DNA from: Octopus vulgaris
Lineage: Eukaryota
Reading direction: 5' to 3'
Assembly: GCA_951406725.2 (NCBI GenBank)
Contig: OX597821.1
Span: 35,712,001 to 35,776,000, forward strand
Length of the DNA: 64,000 nt
Part shown: positions 55,346-64,000 of the stretch, in pieces
Layout of the letters: each line of letters opens with the position of its first letter
Position numbering within the stretch: the stretch's first letter is position 1
The notes under the pieces: generated by a model
The model's input: the letters and a program-made list of their open reading frames with translations, nothing else
Told to the model about the DNA's origin: nothing
Database searches by the model: none
Made by a program: the position numbers and the translations under genes

Positions 55346-56399
55346 GTGGAAGTCGATGACGACGACGATTGCTTTATTACCTCAAAAGGACAGAAACTGA
55401 ACGCTAAACCATCTAGCAATATTGGACTGGTAAAACCATTCAAAATCTGAAGTTCAAAGTTTTATCCCGTATGAGGTAGAGTCTTTACACAACAAGATTG
55501 ATCTTCCCTAGGTTTCATCGTTGAGTACCTTACTGGTCGACCATGAAAATGGCATACCTTTTGAATTAGCTTGTGAAGTGGCAAAGTATTCCACAGACAT
55601 GTTCAACAGTAACGCAATTCTCAAAGTGAATCAGTGTCACAGAATATGACATGGTTAGACCATTATATAATAGTCACAATGGACTTCCATACAATTTCCG
55701 TTAATTCTACTTCGCTCATAAAACTTCGATTGACCCAAGCTTATATTAAAAGTCTTGCATAATATGTTAAGTAGTGGCATCAAATAGGGGACTTTGTGAT
55801 CGCGATGAAAGCTTCTTAAATATTTGACTATGTCACCCCTGTATAAAACTAATAAACTATCGTAAAATACTCGCTGCAGAAATTCGATAAGTATTACAGA
55901 TATCTATCAAATACAAAGATAATGGCTATTTTCCTCTCCAAAGAAGGCTATAAGTATATAATAGAGGCTGAAATGACAAATTACTTGTGGGTAAAAAAAG
56001 AAACTACTTAAATTGTGAAGGAGCTACTAAGCCAGTTAAAATTGGGCTGTTGAATGCTGTACGAATGGGATGACAAGAGAGTCTCTCTATGCTCGATATC
56101 TGTTGACCGATGGGGCGGTTAACATCGCTTTCAATACTCATTTCACCCTTTTCATTTTTATCATACGCTTACGGCTTTTTTTTTTGTTTTTCGGTGTTTT
56201 GTGCCCCCAATGTTTTGTATTGTCCCATTCTGTGTATAGCCCCTTGTGGGTAATAAGAAATCAGATATCTGTAAATGATTTAAAACGAATGAATATAATA
56301 CAGAAAATTCACACAATCGAGTGAGACGTGCGGGCCTCAAAGCTGACGACTTTGGATTGAGATACATGATTTTTAGCCTCTTTTCTCTTAGCCATCAAA

Positions 56400-57500
56400 A
56401 TATGTAATGAAACAGAATATACTAAATAGCTGCAGTATATATAACAGTGAAGATTAAATAAGTTGCTGACTGCCCAGTCCTAGCCAAGAAAGAATACATC
56501 AACAAGCATAACAGAGCTAGGATTCCATACACTGGAAGTAGTGACAATATATGAAAATGCCGACAGAAAAGACGTGGTAAAAAATATACACCAGAAAATA
56601 TCTCAGAGAACGACCAAGTGTATTTTGATATATTGCTATTACTTCCAGCGTGTGGAATCCAAGCTCTGTCATGCTTGTTGATGTATTCTCTGGGATACGC
56701 CAATCTACATAGACAGACAGGCAAGTATAATTGACCGGATACTGTTTCCAAGGACTGCAGGAAAAGTGTGCTGATATGTGCAGTTAACCAGCATCTGGTG
56801 TTTGTAAACATAGGCAAACATGTATATTAAAACATGTTTTGAGATGGATTAAAAATATGCAGATATAATCGAAATCGAAGGAATTGCAAATATTTACAAT
56901 CTAGCAAAATAATACCAAGACAAATTGCAGCATATTAAGTAGCCTATTGTAAATACAAGTATTAAAAAAAGACTGCACGTACCCAAGACCAGCTGAACTA
57001 CGTCCAGTAGGGCAATGAAGGCATAGACTGCCGAAAACAAATAACACTTTCTTTATCATCGCAACAAGGGACGACGAATGAGAAAACATTGCAAGAAAAT
57101 ATTACCAAAAGGCTGTGACTCTTTTTAAAAATGAAATGACTGAAAAACCGCAGGCATGAAACCAAAAGCATGCAGAACCCTTAAAATGAGACGTCTCCAA
57201 GATCCAAAGAACTCCCGAGTAGGGTTACTTTGTAGTACTGTTCTTTAGAAGCAATACATTAGTTCGAGTTAGATATTTTCTAGCGATAAGAATATTTGAT
57301 ATCTTGGTTGCCTTTAAACTGGCGTTTAAACCGTCGGCAGTTCAGTAAGTTGGGATTAAACATTTCAAGTGAAATTTGAGTACAAATCCATGATTCATGT
57401 TTCCTTCCGAATAATACTAATATTTCAAGCAGGTGCTTTGAGGTTATTTCCAGGTCATAAAAATATACTGTAAATGCGAGTCTTATTCAAAATTTTAACT
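56400..57500 (-). pseudogene. Possible heavily decayed multi-pass transporter pseudogene (SLC6-like)
   Basis: Intronless-looking hydrophobic fragments across frames: EQYYKVTLLGSSLDLGDVSF, YAAICLGIIL, SGVYFLPRLF...LLPVYGILALLCLLMYSFLA; resemblance judged by eye only. Confidence 0.25.
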
Positions 57501-58637
57501 AAATCTTATTTCTATGAAACCGAATGATTTGAATGGTTGACTATCTTGCATTGGCGCATGTCTATTTTATGAATAGTCACAAAAGTCATCGAGAATATCC
57601 AAATATCATGCATTGTTTCTTGAGCACACTAATTCTCTATTCTGTATGCATCGTATATATTCGCTATAAACGAGTTTTACCTCTTTGCTAATTTAAAATC
57701 ATATCTTCACCATGAAAGTCACATTGTTGGTAGCAGTAACATAGATATCTTTGACAGTTATTGTTCATCCTTAACCCGGATGATGTCTAACTTAATAGCA
57801 CCATCAAGACATATGTTTTAAATCAAGGATATCATAACAAACACAAACAGGGAGTTGTTTGTTGAGGTGGTCCCGGGTGTCGGTTGGACTCCCTAGACGA
57901 TTTTTTCCTGGTATCGTGTAAAAGCTATTGACTTTTATTTTTTATTTGGTTTCTTTTAGAAAAAAATGCTGAATAAGATAGGACCAGTTGAAGTAAAATA
58001 AACATGTGTCGCAATATTGTTATGTGAGATGAGTTCAACATTTCTAGGCGGGCGGCGAATGACTGTGGTACTGTAAACTGTCTTAGATGTCTTATAGACA
58101 TAATATGCTAAATCAGTGTCTCTTCAATCGCCTTCAATACAGTAGAAAGCCAAGAAATATATCATTTATGCCGTGTTAATATCATGAAATATCTACTAGA
58201 TTTCTAATAATTACCACGATGAAAATTATCACAATATAAAAATGGTATCAGTTACAAAACTTACTGCTATAAAACAAGTAAATCTATCTATGGATTTCAA
58301 ACGGTGGTTCGACTCACCTCTCTTTCCTGTTTTAAACTGGGAAATGTAACCTCTGATATCGTTTCACGTTGAAAATATTGATTTCAAGTTTCGTGGGAGG
58401 AGTAAGTCGATTTCATCTACCCGAGTTCTCAGCCGGTGCCTAGTTTATCGACTCCGAAAGGATGGAAGGCAAAGGTAACCTCGTGAAATTTGGTCTTGAA
58501 CATACATCCTTAAGTCTTGGTATTTGTCTATATTTTTGTCTTCAGTTATTTTATCGTTGTATATCATTTCTACTTTTAATTCTGGTTGTTTCTATACGTG
58601 GATAAGTTTTACTGCTATGTTCAATAAAGGGCAAGGA

Positions 58638-58723
<86 letters not shown>

Positions 58724-59122
58724 TCATCATTATTTTTATTTTTACGACGGCTGTTGATAGGCATCATCGTTAGAACATTCGGACACAATGCTTCGTGGTA
58801 TTTGATCCAGTCTCTTTGTTTTAGGTTTAAATCATACCAAGATAAACTTCGTTTTTCATCCGTTGGAGTTGATAAACTGACGATTTAACCGGTGAACATT
58901 TCAGGATTTGTGCTTATATTGGAAATACTTATTTCTAAAGGTATAGAAATGTGGAGGTGAGAAGTTGTAATATAGTAATATCTCACAATATGACAGTAAA
59001 CATATTTTAAAATAAGGAGTGGACAGAGTTATGCGAAGTGAAATGCTTGTGAGAAGTGGGCGTGACATTACAAGAGAGAGAGAGAGAGAGAGAGGGTAAG
59101 AGATTAAGAAAGAGAAATAGAG

Positions 59123-59162
<40 letters not shown>

Positions 59163-59949
59163 GTAAACAGGGTGGTGAGAAAAGGAGCAAAGGTGGTGAG
59201 AAAACGATTTGATGTGAAAAATGAAGTGGTTTTGGTTAGAGTTGAATAACAATAACTGGAATTAGGTTATGTGAAATAAAACAATTTGTCCCATTGTGTG
59301 GGATAAATCGCTATATTTGTTGTTTTAATGTATTTGCATGCGTAAAATAATATTATCGTTGACCCTGTCCAATTCAAATAATTATTGGTACAACAACAAC
59401 AATTTATATTGAAATTTATACGGGTCTTAATGGACTGTCGTCCAACTATTAGTGTTGCATTATTATACCAACACAACTTACTGCATGGCAAAATCAACTT
59501 CACGGCATTTATAATATAAATTGTAAAAGCATTTAATGAAATAACTCAAGGTATTTCGTAAGCCAGTTCAACTTAAGTTCATACATTACAGGATAGAGAG
59601 GAAGAGAAAGAGAACGGGGAAAGAGAGGGAGGGAAAGAGAACGGGAAAAGAGGGAGAGAAGGAGAACAGGAAGAGAGAGAGAGAGAGAAGAAGAATGAGA
59701 AGAGAGGAAGTAAAGAGAAAGTGAAAAGAGGGAAAGAAAGGGAAAGGGGAGAGATGGAAAGAGAAGAGAGGGAGAGAAAGAGAAAGGAAAAGTGGGAGAG
59801 AAAGAGAACGGGGAGAGAGGGAGTGACAGAGAAATGGAAGAGAGGGAAAGAAAGAGAAACGAGAAGAGAGGGATAGAAAGAGATAGGGAGAAGACGGATA
59901 GAAAAAAATGGGGAGAGATGGAGAGAAAGAGTACAGGAGAAGATGAAGG

Positions 59950-61390
59950 AAAGTTGGAGAGTGCCATTTTCATCAATTAGAGGGCTTTCAGTGGAGACAG
60001 TGACCTTGTGTTTTTCGCAAAAGAGAACACTTTTGGGTTGAGTTTGATTTTCACGACGGCCCATTTCTTTTCAGCTATTCTTCGGTTTTTGATGATGGTC
60101 TTCATGTATTGTAGGAGGTTATATTTTTTTTATTCGAGCAGAGCTTCAGCCGTCGAATATATTTGTGACTGTTGGGGGTATTTTGGTTTGTTCTTTTTAT
60201 CTTTCTGATAATAGTTTTTTTTCTGTTTTAGGGAATTCTGCCCTTAGTTTTCTTTACAAGTCTTGGCGGAGTGCGTTTTGAACATATGCTTGTGACAATG
60301 TCGACAAAGATCTGCCAAGATATTTTGATGCTGTAGGATGTGTGTGCATGTGTGAAAGTCCAGTAAAAATATGATAGCTCGTTCATGATTGCATCCCACT
60401 CGGCGTCATAGAGATGCATGGTATCAAATAGGTGGGCTGGAGCGAAGCCATTAGTGTTAGCTTTCGGCTGGTGGAATCTCAGGTTATAGGGAACCATGTC
60501 ATGGGCTGAAAGAAGGGTTTGTTCTACTGTGATATTATGTATAGTGTTAGTGTAGTTATTAAACAAAAGGCCTAAAATGTTCTGATATTTTGGTGCAAGG
60601 ACAAGTTGGGACAAGAAAAACTCATTCATAAAGTCGGTAAGTAATTCTACTGCTTCTTTGTCAGCAGTTGAGGTGAGATTTCCTAGTTTCAAACTGTTTG
60701 TGAGCTAATCAACACAGGGTAGATTAAAATCTCACATCATAATTATGTTATTAGAATGACATTGTTGAGTAAAGCACTTAATGCTGTTGAGGCATTCTTT
60801 AATGCGCAGTGTTTGAGGTGGCCTACACAGCCCAACTTCTATCGCGTCATTGGTTTTGTTGTGTACGCTGACTGATTCACAGTAGCCATTCGAGTATGTC
60901 ATATTTCCATCTACCACAAAGGAATCATGCAGGTAAATGGTGGTGCAATCATCCTTTCTACTGTCGACTCTATCTGCGCGGTGGGTTGTGAAATTCCTCA
61001 CTTTTATTTTGTCTTCCAAGTGGGAGTTGTCAAGGTGGGTCTCGGTAAGAATGAAGAATGTGATATGGTGTGGATCTTCCATTTTTGTGCATTGATGGAG
61101 GGAATGACACATTGTGCATTGACTAGAAATGTAGAGGCTTGCGTAGTGGCGGGGCTTTACTGTTACAGGGGTCTTTTTTCTGATTGTGTGTTGGGGACAG
61201 GAAAGAAGGGAGTTGGTATACTGGGGTAATAGCATAGGATGGTATTGAGTGATGGCTAAAAGTTTTTTGTATGCCTTTTGTCAGGTTCAACATGGCTAAT
61301 ATAGAAGAATTTCCCTGCTTAAGTTTTTGACTGGAGGTGTGGTTTCACTGTTGGATAGGGTTGTCGCTTTCTCTAATGTTGTGGTTTTTG
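59950..61390 (-). mobile_element. Decayed LINE ORF2 N-terminus (APE endonuclease), CR1/L2-like
   Basis: FFILTETHLD...KVRNFTTHRADR...IYLH and FLSQLVLAP...NILGLLFNN...LSAHDMV are APE motifs. Confidence 0.8.
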
Positions 61391-61639
61391 TTTTAGTTAC
61401 TATCTAATTATTTTGATTGAGAAGAACAGTTCAGAACTTTTCACAAAGTGATTTAAATAGGAATGGGCGAAACATGCACACATACACACGTATTGGAGGG
61501 AGTGAGAAGATTTACAATTCGCATGATGAATGCCGTCGTATGTGTGTAAAGACAATAAGTATATAGATTGGAGTTGATGTGGCAACTATACACAGAATAA
61601 TTCATGAAGATATGAACACGTGCAAAATTTGTACAAGGT

Positions 61640-62150
61640 TTGTACCAAGTGTTGTCGGTGACGGACAGAAGGAAAGACACTTTGACGAGAGCTAGGAGAT
61701 AGTTGACCCTTTGTGGATGTCCTCCAAAGTGAAGGTATACCGGGTACCTGTAACAGCCCCACTTCATCTTCTAAACGTCTTCAAACTGACTGCACATGAG
61801 GTTTTCCTTTAACTTCAGAAACGACCAAATGTGAGAGGGAGCAAGGTCTGGATAGAAGTGTTGATGAGTGACAGATTTGATGTTCATCTCACTCAAGTAT
61901 TTGCTTACCAGAATGGAATCGCGGCCTGAAGCATAGTGCTGATGAAGGTTCCACTCACGCAAGGGGTGGAGGGGGGAGAACCCTGTGCATTTAGCGATGA
62001 AATATCCACCTGAACACCATAAACCTCCACAAATATTCTTTGATGATCATCTGGCGAGAGGGAACGCAGCAACTGTAGATGATGCTCTTGATTTCAAAAA
62101 GAAAAGGTGGAGAACCATCATGAACGTCTCGGTAGACTTCCTCATTAATT
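61640..62150 (-). mobile_element. Mariner transposase remnant
   Basis: HQHFYPDLAPSHIWSFLKLKENL corresponds to HPPYSPDLAP.DF.LF.KLK. Confidence 0.8.
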
Positions 62151-62312
62151 ACTCATAACTTATTCATTATTTGTGAAGGTTTTCACGGTGTTCGAGAAGA
62201 GATTTCGTCACTAAATACCAGAGATCTTGCTCTTGGGTGAGTGCAACCTGCAACAAGACAATGCATCAGTGCACACATTGCACATGTGTGTGTGTGTTTC
62301 TTTCTATTGTGT

Positions 62313-62384
<72 letters not shown>

Positions 62385-64000
62385 TGACGAAAGATTGTAA
62401 GCGAGAGGTGAAACAACGGATAGAAAGCTCTGCTGACAATGAATGCACATATTCATAGGCAGACACATTCAGTTACGGTCAGATCGACTAAGATTTCTCT
62501 ATGATAGATATTATGACAGCTAGTGATCTTAAGGACTTCAAAAATATGATACTGGACATCCGGCTAGCGACTAGTTTTTGTTAACTCGGTTGAATATACG
62601 TCAATAAAAGTGTGTTACATGACACGGATATAAATTCATGTCTTTTGTTTAATAGTATTTAAACTGAGGAGCTACGGTTTTCTGAGCTCTCATTAAACAA
62701 GGCTACGTACTAAACACACTGTTTATGTTTGAGAGGAATACGACAATGCCTTACAGAAGAAGGTCAGAGTGAGTTTTTTCATTTTATTTTCCATGTCTAT
62801 GATTTTATGTTGCCGAAGGAAATATGTAGTATATGCTTGTTTGATCTAATTAATATAAACATTTGAAAGGGAAAATAATAGACACTCATTCATGTTTTTT
62901 CTTCTACAGATAATTATCAATGGAACGATTTGATATTAGCTAATATTAAATCTGTTGTTCAAGTGTATCGAGCAAGATTAGAGGAGTTTTGGAATTACGT
63001 ATATGGTATAATTCTAATAATATTTGTCTATGTTTTCTGGTGAAGAGGAAAGGTGATATACGTAAAGGTTTATATTACTAGATAGGAAGACGTATACATG
63101 TGCCACGTCATTTAGTAAATTTTGGAACTACACGCATACATGTCCTGTTTGCTTATACTCCGAGACAATTATCGGTGTAGAAGAGGGTTTAGAAACCCAA
63201 AATATATGTTGTTTTTTGAGGAAACAGTGACCATTTTGTGATTAATTGAGTAAGGGAGAAAAGAGTTGAATTCTTTACTGGTCTCAATAGAAGTTGTTAA
63301 CTCGTATCAGTAAGATTTTGATACGTGGGTCAAGTTGTTTGTCTTTGGAGCTTTGTACTAAAATTAGCCAAATTTAGCCAAAAGTTTGACGAAAGCAGGT
63401 CAGTGGCTAGCTGCTCTCTTAGAGAATTGTCCCCCGAACAACTTGTGTATATAGCCACTGAACATATTGTTCATACAGCCATTGCATACAACGGAGTAAA
63501 GCTATTCGATATACCAATTTATATATTAAACACATTCTTGTAGGGTTAGATGAGTGCTGATGAAGGGGCAAGACCCCACGAAATATGGCATTTAAACTCA
63601 TTACCTATTTTTGTCTCCGATTTCATTGTTTGCTTACATTTGACGTTTCGATACGAATCGTTGTAGATATAATCAGTGCTGGCTATAATTCCTGTAGAAA
63701 TAACCTTTACAAAATAATGTAAAGAGTACTGCTAACGCAGAAGGACGTGATGTCGCCTCATAAAAAACATTTAATATACTTTATATTATATTATATTTTC
63801 ATAACGAAATTCCACATGTCTTCAACTCTTTAATATAAATATATATATTGTATAGTTTTTCCTTCGACTGAGCTTTTCCTTCGACTTTAGGGCATGTTAG
63901 CATTTGACCTAAATTCTCCAAGAAGGCAGATAGCCGGTGCCATGCTGTCATAAAATTTTATATTTTGGCTATTTTTCGAACACAAGTCCAAAGACAAATA

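Noticed and set aside
54997-55443. Glu/Val-rich, Pro-rich or WRRLKRR repeat proteins
   Set aside because: Three readings of one 21-nt minisatellite; no splice or domain support.

Overview
AT-rich, microsatellite-dense animal genomic DNA. The repeat repertoire (several tRNA-type SINE families, Penelope-like elements in (TA)n, an R4/Dong-like LINE in (TAA)n) resembles octopus/coleoid genomes; this is inference, not a database result. Almost all ORF-track hits are microsatellite translations. One spliced + strand host gene can be assembled by hand from six phase-compatible coding exons (11152-44910). It encodes a roughly 280-aa type II membrane protein: cytoplasmic YxxL tail, TM helix, short Cys stalk with RxxR, and a C-terminal F-type lectin (fucolectin/FTP) domain lacking the canonical fucose-binding motif. 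Exon 1 has a frameshift in an error-prone stretch near an assembly gap. The remainder is mobile DNA: a near-full Neptune-type Penelope element with an internal RT deletion, a second 5'-truncated Penelope with a CRE/CCAAT tandem array, about eight hammerhead-like motifs in short (TA)n-flanked repeats, several (TA)n-flanked foldback elements, a U6 snRNA copy joined directly to a SINE, CR1-, RTE- and R4-type LINE remnants, mariner/Tc1 remnants, a pogo-type MITE and a non-autonomous Helitron. All calls were made by eye; boundaries of old repeats are approximate.
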